Origin: Lama glama
Lineage: Eukaryota
Direction: 5' to 3'
Assembly: GCA_028534125.1 (NCBI GenBank)
Contig: CM052832.1
Location: forward strand, 16,742,001 to 16,806,000
DNA length: 64,000 bases
Shown in pieces: positions 50,547-63,330 of this stretch. Below the pieces are notes generated by a model that ran no database searches, had not been told where the DNA came from, and saw only the letters and a list, made by a program, of their open reading frames with translations. How positions within the stretch are numbered: the stretch's first letter is position 1; the number at the start of each line of letters is the position of its first letter. A program made the position numbers and the translations under genes.

Positions 50547-51610
50547 CTCAACATAAAAATTGCAAGAGATGTGAACAAACAGCTCCAGAAAGAAATGTAA
50601 AGGACCTCATCACACATACTAAGATGTTCAACTTGCCTCTCGTAACAAAAATACAAATCAAAACTATACCAAGGTAGTATTTTTTACCTATTAGGTGGGC
50701 AAAAATCCAAAAGCTTGTCAACACACTATGCTGGCAAAGCTGTGGGGAAGAAGACATTCAAGTACACTGTTGATGGGAATGCAAAATGAGGCAACTCCTA
50801 CAGAGGGGAATTTAGTTGGCAATAACTAGCAAAGTTACATATACATTTCCTTTTTGGTCCAGCAATACCACTTCTTGGAAGCTATCCCAAAAAATCACTG
50901 ACAAAAATACAGAAAGTGTTTGCATAAGGTTATTTATTGCAGCCCTGTTTGTAACAGCAGAAGACTAGAAACAACTCAAATGTCTAACAATAGGGGGCTG
51001 GCTGAATTAAATATGAAATACTGTGGAGCATAATAAAAGGAATGAAAAAGTGACCCCTACATATTGCCATGGAGTGATGACCAGTGTACATTTTGAAGTA
51101 GAAAAAGCAAAATGAAACTGTGTGTAGATCTGTCAACTTAAAAAATAATATTTTTAAATACTATATATCTCATCAGCCAAAAGCTTTTTAAAATGGCTAT
51201 CTATGGAGGAAGGAGGAAACAGAGTGAGGAGATAGGGACAGAAACTAGGTTTCTCTGATGCACCTTGTTTTGTAGATCTGAATTCAGAACTATGTAAATA
51301 TTTTATGTAAGTAAAACAAAATTAACTTGAAAAAGCATTTCCTAAAAATCAAAAGCAAGATAAAACAAAAGAATCTATCCACACAGGGAGTTAGTGGTAT
51401 GATCACAGACAGAACTATTTCAAGCAACTTTAAACCACAGTAATTTTACTGTCTATCCCTAGTGAGATATACTTTGTCAATTAATGGTGACCAGCTGAGA
51501 GGTAAAGCAAATATTGATGTGTTTGGGAACTGAGATATTTGCTTGGGAGAAAGAACAGTTGTAAGATATTTGAAGTTACATAAAACGAGATTTTCTATTT
51601 TGAATTGAAA

Positions 51611-51742
51611 GGGGGAAGGTATAGCTCTAGTGGTAGAGTACATGCCTAGCATACAGAAAGTCCTGGGTTCAATCCCCAGTACCTCCTCTAAAACAATAAA
51701 TAAAGAAACATAATTACCTCCCTCTACAAACAAACAAAAAAC
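51611..51742 (+). mobile_element. tRNA-Ala-derived SINE (Vic-1-like)
   Basis: Head plus taattacc tail; TSD aattgaaag. Confidence 0.87.
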
Positions 51743-54085
51743 AATTGAAAGTATTAGTATAAGCAAAGGATGTTATCTTTCAATACATGTGCTTGTATTT
51801 CCTTTCCATTAGAAGGCTCTAGAAGCAAGGACCAACCCAGTAGAAATGAGCATCCCTAGCTCCCTGACTGTGGTCTCTAATTGCCATTTCCATCAATAGA
51901 AATCTTGAAGAAATGTTTGGTTCTTAATCTGGAGAAGGAAATATACAAGACGTGCTTGGATATCTTATCATGTCAGAAATTCAGGAACTATCAAAATCGC
52001 TTAAGACTATATCGAAAGGAGGTGATGTTACCAAAGATGGGACAATTTAAACATTCATATGAATAATAAAGACAATGTACTATAATGAACTAAAGCACAT
52101 CAAATATGTTTGAACCCATGACTTTATAAGGATGGTTTAAAACTGGTCACTTTGGGACCACTAGGTAGTCAATTTAATAAATTGAAAATTGCTAATAAAG
52201 AGAAATCAACATTTAGCCTGCCTTTCCTGTAGGAACCATGCCTGATCAAATGGTTGCTGAGGGAATTTCTCTTACAGAAGGAATCTAGCTAGTATATGAG
52301 CAGAATGACAGTATTTCAATATTACCATTTTGTAACCCCTAATGAAACCATGGCTTAGTCAATAATGACTAATGACTGATAACATCACCAAAAGTGAGAC
52401 AAGCAGACATTATGCACATTCTGTTGGAAGTTCACAGCATTCTCTGAGGAGCCCTGCAAATACAAACACTGAATCAGGCCTCTAAGTGAAGTTACCAATT
52501 TATAGGGAATTCATTGGACAGAGGAACAAGTTACCTCAAGTATATCATCAACCAAAACCAAACTGTGGGAAACGCTACAGGAAACTCCTCCCACACACCA
52601 CACGGTTTTTCCAACAAATACATTTCAAGGGAAAAAAAGAATGGGAGAGAGAATCTATACATTAAAAGAAACAGGAGAAAAATATCAACCCATGTAATGA
52701 TGTATGGACTTTATTTCAATCCTGATTCAGAAAAAAATAAACTCATAAAAAAAGATATGAGACATTTGGAGGAATCTGAAAAAGATCTGAGGCTCCTAGA
52801 TTCCAGGCTGTTTCCCCACTGGCCTGAGCCTGGGCTTTGCTTCTGTTGTAAGAAAAAACCACTTCAGAGCCCAGAACCACAGGGTTGGAACAGCTCCTGC
52901 AGTGGGCTCTTCGTGTGTCAGAGGAAGAGTCTAACTGCCAAGTCCACCTCTCCTGTTCCCTCCCAGTGCCCCCAGGCTCCCCTCCTACCAGGTCGACGCA
53001 TCACAGAGGAGAGAACCAGGAGGGTAGAATATTTGGCTACTCAGAATGAGGTTCCAGGCAGGAGATTCTCATAAGGTGGTTCTCATACAAGCTCTTGCCC
53101 ATCAAAAGCACAGGTTTTGACATCATTCAGGATCCACCAAATGGACAAATTCTACGTGTGTTAAGTGGGTTGACATCCCTGATCTCAACTCTGATTTAGA
53201 AAGGGAGGTGGTTGGCTCCACGAACACCAACCCTACCACCATCACAGACTGGAGAAACTGTAAACTATGTGATACTGGATTCCATTTTTAAAAAGGTAAA
53301 CCCTATTTCCAGAAAACCTGGGACTTAGCCACTATTTCTATCTATCACTACACCTACACGTGAGGTCCCTCTCTGCTCTGAGTGCTTTACCCCCTGATGT
53401 GATATGGAGAAGACATTATTTCAGGGGACAGAAGAACAAAAGGACCCAAGGAAGGGCAAGAAATGAGCAAGTCAGGAAATGTTGCCGGCACAAGAAGCCA
53501 AGAGGGCTAGAACATCAAGGCAGGTAAGAATGATAATAATTTAACATTTATTGAGTTCTTACTGCCTGCCGGGTACTGGGCTAAGTGCTTTTCACGCATC
53601 ATCCCTTTTCACATGCTGGACCACTCAACCTCCTCCTCTCAAGGGAAACCTCACTCCCTCTTCTCAAGGACACATGCATCTCTTTCCTATTTTCTATTTC
53701 AAACTCCCAGTAGTTATATATAAGGGCGGCAGTTTCTGTAGCAAAGATGCTGGAGGGGCAGTCTCAGTCCAACATGGGTGGTCCGAGGTCACTGGAGGAC
53801 CAAAGAGCTCCCTGATACAATCAACAAAGCTTCTTCCATTTCATGTTTAAATAGAAGCCTATCTAAAGAAATTAGATCATCATTGCAGAAATGTGCAAAA
53901 GATGCCAAGATCTTCCAGTCAGGGCTCTGTTTGACGTGACCCATGACCAGCCATTGCTCTGTTCACAGCGAGTCATCTGGCCACCCCCTCTTTTGGATCC
54001 TTTTCCAGGAAATCCAGCTGAAAAAGGCTGTTGGCCCTCTTACAATTTTATCATAGCGAGTGAGATGGAAATTTGGGTGCATTCA

Positions 54086-54983
54086 CATGAAAGAAGTCAC
54101 AAGGTAATTGGTGATTATAAAGCAACTGCATTTTTCCCATAATTTCCTAACAAGGGTCAGGCCTTGAAGACTGAATAATGACCTCATGATAATGACAGAA
54201 AAGGGAGAGGAATGTACACAGGAGGCAAAGATGTAAATTATGTTATGTGGTCCCAGTGGAGGAGCAACCTCTGAATTGTGTTTCNNNNNNNNNNNNNNNN
54301 NNNNNNNNNNNNNNNNNNNNNNNNNNNNNNNNNNNNNNNNNNNNNNNNNNNNNNNNNNNNNNNNNNNNNNNNNNNNNNNNNNNNNNNNNNNNNNNNNNNN
54401 NNNNNNNNNNNNNNNNNNNNNNNNNNNNNNNNNNNNNNNNNNNNNNNNNNNNNNNNNNNNNNNNNNNNNNNNNNNNNNNNNNNNNNNNNNNNNNNNNNNN
54501 NNNNNNNNNNNNNNNNNNNNNNNNNNNNNNNNNNNNNNNNNNNNNNNNNNNNNNNNNNNNNNNNNNNNNNNNNNNNNNNNNNNNNNNNNNNNNNNNNNNN
54601 NNNNNNNNNNNNNNNNNNNNNNNNNNNNNNNNNNNNNNNNNNNNNNNNNNNNNNNNNNNNNNNNNNNNNNNNNNNNNNNNNNNNNNNNNNNNNNNNNNNN
54701 NNNNNNNNNNNNNNNNNNNNNNNNNNNNNNNNNNNNNNNNNNNNNNNNNNNNNNNNNNNNNNNNNNNNNNNNNNNNNNNNNNNNCATGAAAGAAGTCACA
54801 AGGTAATTGGTGATTATAAAGCAACTGCATTTTTCCCATAATTTCCTAACAAGGGTCAGGCCTTGAAGACTGAATAATGACCTCATGATAATGACAGAAA
54901 AGGGAGAGGAATGTACACAGGAGGCAAAGATGTAAATTATGTTATGTGGTCCCAGTGGAGGAGCAACCTCTGAATTGTGTTTC
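54086..54983. other. Assembly gap (54285-54784) flanked by an exact 199-bp direct duplicate; probable unmerged contig overlap
   Basis: 54086-54284 is identical to 54785-54983 and both copies abut the N-run. Confidence 0.9.
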
Positions 54984-55111
54984 CATTAATTTGGCCCCCC
55001 AAACCCCACCCAAACATAATTAACAATGGGACTTATCTCTAACTAGAACTAATCCAGAGCTAGAATTATTTCAGTGAATCAATGAAGCAATAATGGAGCG
55101 CATTGTGTAGC

Positions 55112-55230
55112 GAGGGTCTAGCTTGGTGGTAGAGCATATGCTTAGCATGCACAAGGTCCTGGGTTCAATACCGTCACCTCCATTAAATAAATAAATAAAC
55201 AAACAAACAAACCTAATTACCCACCTCTAA
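55112..55230 (+). mobile_element. tRNA-Ala-derived SINE (Vic-1-like)
   Basis: ggtagagcatatgcttagcatgcacaaggtcctgggttcaa...taaataaa...cctaattacc. Confidence 0.85.
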
Positions 55231-55640
55231 AGTTTTTTTTAAAAATCCACTCACATGGATATGGTCTTTTATATGAAGTGATTCCCAGGAGCTTGGGTAA
55301 TAGGATTAGTACATGACGTATTATCAACAACAACAATAACAAAATGAAACGCACAGCTTTATTGCTTGTTTGTGTCTCCTTGATACAGATATTTATTCAG
55401 TACAGTTAACACGTGGCATCTGCAAATTCAACACTCGGCTGCTTCAACTGTCAATCAAGACCCCCAAAGTGTGGGAATGCACAGTTTGGCTGCAGCACAG
55501 ACAAGAACAGTGCTGCCCAGCTGGGTACCGCTGAGTGAGGAGAACCCACCACCCAGCTTCCCAAAGTAGCTTTGTGTTTCTCAGTGAATGGTCCAGTAGG
55601 CAGAAACCTACTGGAAAAAAGTTGTTTTCAAAACCTTGTT

Positions 55641-55772
55641 GCGGGTGGGGTAAAGCTCAGTGGTAGAGTACTTGCTCAGCATGCACGAGGTCCTGGGTTC
55701 AATCCCCAGTACCTCCATTAAAAAAGAAGAAAAAAACTTTGTTTCTTTGCATAAATTACTCCCCATCCCCAC
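55641..55772 (+). mobile_element. tRNA-Ala-derived SINE (Vic-1-like)
   Basis: agctcagtggtagagtacttgctcagcatgcacgaggtcctgggttcaatccccagtacctcca plus A-rich tail. Confidence 0.85.
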
Positions 55773-55885
55773 CCAAAGGCTATCATTAACCCTGGTGATA
55801 GAAGTAATGAAAATGTGAAGAGATGTGAGAAAGTTTTTTTTCTTTCAGGAATTGTAATTCGAGGTAGATCAAAGACGGGTGTTTT

Positions 55886-56030
55886 CAAAATGTTATGATA
55901 ACTCACAGAGGAAAAAAATGTGACAATGAGTGTGTATATGTCCATGAATGACTGAAAAATTGTGCTGAACACTGGAATTTGACACAACATTGTAAAATGA
56001 TTATAAGTCAATAAAAAATGTTAAAAAAAA
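55886..56030 (+). mobile_element. Young 5'-truncated L1 3' end with poly(A)
   Basis: aataaa plus A11 tail; 15-bp TSD aaagaYgggtgtttt (55871-55885 and 56031-56045). Confidence 0.85.
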
Positions 56031-59000
56031 AAAGATGGGTGTTTTGATCTTGTTGGTAGCTCAGCAATATGAATCCACAACTGATGCAGATATTTGAAAA
56101 GAGATTTGAAAGACGATTTCAGGAAATGTTTTCAGGCAGCTCAAAAATTTCTCACAAAGATACAAAACGTAAGTAAAAGTAGAAACAGTGGTTAACTTGT
56201 GGTCACAGGGTACAGCAGGAAGCAGCAGCCCAAATAATCTGGGTATTTACAGAGCATCTAATTCAGAAACCTACAAAGACCTCCAGTGCCTTTGGTAAAA
56301 GTCAAAAGGGCCTGCTCTCCTATCTGTAAGCATGGCCAATGGATGAATATACATCAATCTCCCTTTCATTTCGGCTTCCCTCATCCAAAACTTGCTACAG
56401 ATGTGTCTTGGAGGTTGAAAAATTCTGAACTCCCTGGAACAAGAATGTCTTGTGGGGAGGGAGGTTGGTAAAACCAGCCAGCATGCCTGGCATACCAATA
56501 GGAAGGGCTTCTGATTTATCTTCCAAGGGCTCATCCTCTCTCTATGTAGACAGTACGGAGCACTGCATACACACCCTCCCCTCCTGTCCCCTCCTACTTG
56601 ATTTATTATTACTCTTGCTTAACAAGATTTGGATTTATCATGTTTATGTCTTGTAATTATCAAAGTCCTTTTGGACAAGCTTGGTGTACATAAATAATAA
56701 CAGTAACTACCAAGTATTATAGTTATTAATTATATTAATAGTTATCATTATACTATACTATATACAAAATATGTAGTATACTGTACTTTACATAATACTA
56801 TATATATAATATTATACTATGTATGATCTATAGTTTATAGATCTATATCTACAATAGCTATACTATCATAATAGTTACACAGTGTTTATGCTATAGTATA
56901 CAATAACATTCCAATTTATATACATTATCTTTCATCCTGACAATGTGGGAAGAACTTACAAATAACAAGGCACAAGAGTGGTGGGCAACTGGCTCACCTC
57001 CTCATAGCTAGTAAGTGGTAGATTCAGGGTTCAAACCCAAGCAGGGAGGAATCTATGTCAGGGTTTGTTCTATTGGTAAGTTGCCTCTAATGGTGTCCAT
57101 CTCATTAACATCCCTCTCTGAGCTATCATTGATCAGATAGAGCATCAGCAGTTTTACAAAAGCTGTTTACTAAGCTGAGATAAAGCAGGGTTAACTACAT
57201 CACACACACGCACACGCGCGCACACACACAGAGAATCCTTTTATTCTGTTAGATTCTTTCAACCAGACGTATCCATGCCTACTCCATGCCAGACTCAGGC
57301 ACTAGCACAGTCAGGCATGGTCTCTGCCCTCTGGAAGCTTCCATTTTCACTCCTGCTAATTCCTCAGCTATGTCCTAAATGATTTCTTCCATAGGCATCC
57401 CTTGTCACTCCAGACTTAATTAGGTACCTCATTCTACACCCTGGATTTTTCCTTCATAACATTCATCTTCCTTCAATTACTTGTTCACTGTCCTTCATCC
57501 CATCACCCTGTGACCGCCATGGAATCATGATGGCTGTCCTGTTCCTATTCTATCCAGTAGCACATGGCACTTAAGAGAAACTTAGTAAATATGTGCTGAA
57601 TGAATGGGTGCAAACAAGCAGTGGGAGCAGGCTTTCTCAAAGGTTAGGAAGGTGGTGCACCAGCCAATAGTTAACTGATAATCAGTTTGCGTGCATGTTA
57701 ACCTCTTCTTAGCAGAAACCAGCAGCCTCTGAGTTGGAGCCTCCCTCCCACTGCACACCCCTTCCGAAGCCTGCCTTGCCAGTGAGGTCTGCCCAGGCCC
57801 GCCTTGCCTGGAGCTGTACCAGCGGGTGGAAGCCTGCCCTGCAGAAAGGACTCATTCATCCTAAATGTCATGCCAGTCTTGCCCTGTGCACACCCATCCA
57901 ATCCGGGTGTCCCTCTGATCACAAACTCTGGTCTTGTATTGAATCTCAAGAGAGTCAACAACACCTGGACTGAATGACAACACCCCTGCTCCACCCCTCG
58001 CTGTGTGACTTTCTGTGGCTTTCTGGGCCTTGTAGGATGCATAGGGTCACACACCTGGCAGTCCTATGGTCTCTGAAACAGACATTCTGGCATCAGGAGG
58101 GTACAGGTTGGGGTGGGGGGCCTCGGAGAGGGCCCTAGAACTCAGACAGGGAGCTGTGAGTAGGTGGGAGTCAGACCTTCCCAGTTTCTCTCAAGACTCA
58201 GGAATTTTCTTTGAGATGGAGGCAGCAAGCCAGGAGCAAGGGAGAGACAATCTCTGCCTTTGCCTGTAGGCTAAAGATAAATTAGCTGTGTCTTGTGAAT
58301 CCGAAGATTATCGGGTTACCTGCTGTTCAATTCTTTGCTTTGGCTTCTCTTAATGCCAGGACTTCAGGGAAGTCTAATTTAATTGTCCCAAGTCTCTCGC
58401 AGTGCTGATGACTTTGGCTGCAGTTTTTCATAAGCACAAAGGAATAAGGGAAAACCTCTGGGGATATGGCAGTGCTGGGAAGTCCCTTCCTCTCCCCGTG
58501 GGGATGTTCCCTCCCACTGCCTCCCTCAAAGGATGTCCCTCTTATTTTAATACTGTAGGTGGCTGGTTCTTTGCAGCATCTAAATCAACTGGAAGTCCCC
58601 TGCCTCCAGTTCTCAAATGGAGAGAGTCCTCAGAAAGAGCCTCAAAGCACCCAGAGCGGGCTCTGGGGACTCAGTCCCCAGTGCTTAGAGCTGTTCTGCT
58701 CTGTCACAGAGCCAGGCAGCCCTGGGTAATATGGGGGCCCTGCTGGAGGAAAGTCAACACCTGGCCCACGAAAGGATCCCAGCTGTAGTCTCAGGGTTGG
58801 GAATATAGTCCACCAGCTGCTTCCCACCCCAGACCTCAAGGCTCAAAGTCACCTTTCCCTCCTCAGAAGAGATCTCCCCTCCTCTGCGTTGTGCAGAGCC
58901 CCCCACCCCCAACACCAGGGCACTCTTCTAGTTTCTGTATGAACTGGAAACACTGCCCTGAAAGAAAACAACTCTTAATGACAAACTACAACCCCTCCCC

Positions 59001-59147
59001 ACAAATCCCTGGGATTATACGCGGTGGTACTTTGTGGTGATCAATTTATAATGTATAAAAAGAACAAATTACAATGTTGGGATACCCAGAACTAAAATCA
59101 AAATCATGTTGGAAGTCAATTATACTTTTGTTTTAAGTATAAGGATG

Positions 59148-59164
59148 GATAGATAGATAAATAA

Positions 59165-59220
<56 letters not shown>
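59148..59220. repeat. (GATA)n tetranucleotide microsatellite
   Basis: Direct read. Confidence 0.95.
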
Positions 59221-59288
59221 AATAAAGTTACAGCTCAGTTAAAAAAAAATAGTTGGTACTTTGACCCTGTCAATAGCCAATATTCTAC

Positions 59289-59452
59289 ATACTTATCTGG
59301 CAGGGGAGATACCATGATGACGAAGGTGGTTTTCCCAGGGCGAGGTTTATCCATTGCACTCTGGATGTGCTGACTCCTGCGATTTCCCCAAATGTGGGAA
59401 ACTTGACTGCATAATTTGTGGTAGAGGGGGACTGCATTCAAGCTTTCCCCTG
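59289..59452 (+). pseudogene. RNU1: Processed U1 snRNA pseudogene, full length 164 nt
   Basis: ATACTTATCTGGCAGGGGAGATACC...Sm site AATTTGTGG...TTTCCCCTG; about 10 substitutions versus canonical U1 by eye; A tail and TSD attctac. Confidence 0.95.
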
Positions 59453-59627
59453 GAAAAAAAAAATTCTACAGCCTCTTTTCTCCCTCCCTTGTGCCCACAC
59501 TTCCTCATTTTCCAGCCCATATGTCTACCCTTCATCAATCTACAGCTGAAACTTGTGACCACTGGTGACAGACCCTGTTGTCCTCAAAGCCGATGCTCTG
59601 TCAGGGGCATTTCTGCCCTCAGAGGTG

Positions 59628-59757
59628 AGTTCAGCTACAGTGGTGTGCTGGTTACATCAGCGAGGAGTGGGAGGATTTGAGGTGGGGGAAGCAGTTCAGC
59701 TACAGTGGTGTGCTGGTTACATCAGCAAGGAGTGGGGGGATTTGAGGTGGGGGAAGC
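59628..59757. repeat. 65-bp direct tandem duplication (2 copies, 2 mismatches)
   Basis: agttcagctacagtggtgtgctggttacatcagcRaggagtgggRggatttgaggtgggggaagc x2. Confidence 0.93.
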
Positions 59758-59917
59758 CTTTATTTGTAGAGGTTACCAATTTCCATGGTGTAAATACTCC
59801 CGCCTACCATATCTGATTCCCAGCTACCAACAGGTTTAACAAACAGCTTGTAAAATTCCTGAATATTTAACAATTCCTCTCACCAGCCAGTCCAAGCTGG
59901 CTTCAACATACCATTGA
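59703..59917. mobile_element. MER63-like hAT DNA transposon
   Basis: Terminal inverted repeats cagtggtgtgctgg ... caacataccattg. Confidence 0.6.
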
Positions 59918-61144
59918 TTCAGGAGGACTCCCAAAGAGTCCCTGGGCCCCCCAAAATATCTTGATAAAGTGAGCAACAGACCCAGCAGTAGTGGAGAGAG
60001 GGGCCCTCCAGTGGCATTTCTACCCGCTGGCTCCTTTGGCTCTGAGCTCTGGGAAGAGTGTGACTTTAGGGAGTCAGGAGAGCTCTGGGTTCAAATCTTG
60101 GTGTGACTTTGGGCAAGTTTCAGCTTCCAATTCTGCAAATTAGGATTGATAAAACCTGTAGGATAACTTTGAGGATGAAACAAGATGCCTAAAGAAAATG
60201 CCCAACATATAGCAAGCTCTCAATAAATGTTCTTTCTTTTGCCCCCTCTTCTCAGTCTTAATTTTTTCTGTACTAGTTCAAATAATAATTTTTCAAAGGG
60301 TCCAACAGGGGGAGCCCAAACTCAACACTGTCAGGGTGGGGGGACTGGTGATTCAACTCAACTCTCACCACAGTTTAGAGTTTAACTTCAGAAACTTTGA
60401 AGAGCATAGTGCTTTTTCCCTTGAGGGTTCTCCCTTGTCCACATCCCCAAAGAGGTGAGCCCATCAAAATGTTCTATAGCTGGGGTTTATGCCACATGGC
60501 ATCATTTTCCTCTAAGATGGCAAGCTATACTCAGAATCAGAAACCACGGTCCATGAAAGGGGTACCATGTCAGGACCAAAGCAAGGACACTGGGTTTCCC
60601 TAAGGCTGTGCTTCACACAACGAGCACACACAAAGCCTCCCATGCACCCAAAATGCCTCCCACATCAAATCAGGTCTGTCCCACAATATCCCATTACACA
60701 GAGGAGACAGAGGCAGAAGGGACATGAGGCTCACTAGATTTGTGACGGCTGGCTGTTCACAAACAATGGAATTATTGGGATGATTCAGGGAGAGGCAGCA
60801 AATGAAACTTTGAGGAAATCTGGTTTCTTGCGGTAAAGAGCTTTTGTAACTTGAGAAAAGTTTCGGAAACTTAGAAGCAAAAAATTCTTCATCAGAAATG
60901 AATGAAAAGCCTTGGGTTTGAACAATGTGTGGCTACTTTCTAGCTGGCTGACCTACACAAGTTGTTTAACCTCTCTGAGACTCAGTCACTTGTATATTTA
61001 TTCACTGAATCTATTATTTATTGAGCATCTTGTATGTATCAGGCATGGGGCTAAGTGAATCCTGAGGAGACAATGGTGAGCAAAACCAGGCACTGTCCTT
61101 TTTCTCATGGAGCTTACTTACAATTTATTTATTTGTAAAAAAGC

Positions 61145-63330
61145 ATAGTAACCCTGGGACAACTGGATATCCACACGCAAAAGAATGAAGTTAGATCCCT
61201 ATCTCACACTGTATAAGAAAATTAACCCACAATGGATCAAAGACCTAAATGTGACAGCTAAGACTATTTAACTCTTAGAAGAGAACATAGGCTCAAATCT
61301 TTGTGACTGCAGATTAGGTGGTAGCTTCTTGGCTACAATACCAAATGCACAAGTAACAAAGAAATAGGTAAACTGGACTTGATCAAAATTTAAAACTTTT
61401 GTGCTCCAAAGGACACCATCAAGAAAGTGAAAAGATGTCGAGATGTGGAAGCAACCTAAGTGTCCATCAACAGACGAATGGATAAAGAAAATGTGGTATA
61501 ATATACACATGTGTGTATACACAATGGAATACTATTCAACCATAAATAAACTTTTGCCATTTACAGCAACTTGGATGGACTTGGAGAGTATGATGCTAAG
61601 TGAAATAAGTCAGATAGAGAAAGACAAATAAGTGTATGATATCACTTATATGTGGAATCTAAAAAATACAACAAATCAGTGACTATAACAAAAAGAAGCA
61701 GACTCACAGATAAAGAAAACAAACTAGTGGTTACCAGTGGGGAGAGGCAATATAGGGGTAGGGGATTTAGAAGTACAATAATAGTTATGTATAAAATAAG
61801 CTACAAGGATATATTATACAATACAGGCAATACAGCCAATATTTTATAGTAACTATAAATGGAATATAATCTTAAAAAAAAAGGTGAAAAGATGATCTAC
61901 AGAATGGGATGAAATACTTGTAAGTCACTGATCTGTTAAAGGGCTTGTATTGAGAATATATAAAGAACTCTTACAACTCAGTAATTTAAAAAAAAGAATT
62001 TAAAAATGGGCAAAGGATCTGTATAAACATTTCTCCAAAGATATACAAATGGCCAACAAACACATAAAAAGATGCTCAACATAATTAATACCACTTTATA
62101 CCCACTAAAATGGTAGAATAAAAAAAAACAGGTTGGAGAAATTGGAACCCTCATACACTGCTGGTGGGAATGTCAAATGGTGCAGTCACTTCAGAAAACA
62201 GCCTGGCAGTTCCTCAAAAGGTTCAACAAAGAGTTTCCATATGACTAGAAACTGCACTCCGAGGTATAATCCCAAGAGAAATGAAAACACATTCACACAC
62301 ATCCTTGTTCATAAATATTCATACCAGCGCTACTCATAATAACCAAAACATAGAAACAACACAAACAGCCATCAATTGATGAATGAATAAATAAATAGTG
62401 AATTGTGGTATCTATATTCACACAATGGAAAGCATCAGGCAATAAAGAAAAACAAAGTATTGATAGCTGCTACAATGTAGCTGAACTTTGAAAATATTAT
62501 GCTAAGTGAGAGAAGCCAGACACAAAAGGCCACATATTGTGTGACTTCATTTATATGAAATGTCCAGAATAGACCAATCCACAGAGATAAAAAGTAGGTT
62601 AGTGGTTGTCTAGGACTGAAGCGGGCAGGGATCTGAGGGGAAATTGGGAATGATTGTTCATGGCTTTGGGATTTCTTTTGGTGGTGATGGAAATATTCTA
62701 AAATCAATTGTAGGTTGGTCACAGAACTCGATGAGCATGTTAAAAACCATTCAATTGTACACTTTAAAATGGTGAAACGTATGATATAGGAATCATATCT
62801 CAATACTGCTATTATTAAAAATAAAGACATAATTCAAACAGATATGTGTACATACACATTCATAGTGACACTATTCACAATAGCCAAGAGGTGGAGGCAA
62901 CCCAAGTGTCCATCGATGGATGAATGGATAAACAAAATGTGGTCTATATACACAATGGAATATTATGCAGCCTTAAAAAGGGAGAAAATTCTGACATCAG
63001 CTACAACATGAATGAATCTCAAAGACATTATGGTAAGTGAAATAAAAACCAGTCACAAGAGGATAAATATTATGTGATTTCACTTATATGAGGTCCCTAG
63101 AGTAGTTAAATTCATAGAGACAAAGCAGAATGCTGGTTGCCAGGGGTGAAGTTTAGGGGGAGGGGGGCATGGGAAGATATTGTTTCCTGGATACAGAAGT
63201 TTAGTTGGGGAAGATGTGAAAGCTCTGGAGATGGATGGTGGTGATGGCTGCACAACAGTATAAATGTATTTAATGTTGCTGAACTGTATATATAAAAATG
63301 GTTTTAAAATAGTATAAATTTTAGGTATTT
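61145..63330 (+). mobile_element. Nested L1 cluster: older L1MB-like element with a younger L1 3' end inserted at 61438-61883, then a further L1 3' end from ~62830
   Basis: ORF2 C-terminal peptides WKQPKCPSTDEWIKKMWY and MEKLEPSYTAGGNVKW; TSD gtgaaaagatg (61427-61437 and 61884-61894). Confidence 0.88.

Larger units (their letters stand above)
49500..52780 (+). mobile_element. Old L1M (L1MC-like) ORF2 end and 3'UTR, fragmented
   Basis: gactacataaaaatgtaaaag, gtccagcaataccacttcttggaa, acaactcaaatgtctaacaataggg. Confidence 0.7.

Noticed and set aside
52514..53074. 186-aa ORF
   Set aside because: Begins in old L1 3'UTR sequence and runs into unique DNA; non-ATG start and no domain.
54086..54983. 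Exact 199-bp direct repeat resembling paired LTRs or a tandem duplication
   Set aside because: The copies are 100% identical and both abut a 500-N gap, the typical pattern of an unmerged contig overlap.
55641..55720. Apparent tRNA-Ala genes (also at 13263, 23733, 32774, 43404 and others)
   Set aside because: A-rich tails, TSDs, SINE-specific extensions and mismatched stems show these are SINE copies, not tRNA genes.
56690..56910. AT-rich tract with short palindromes (tatagatctata)
   Set aside because: Degenerate (TA)n low-complexity sequence in which such palindromes are expected by chance.
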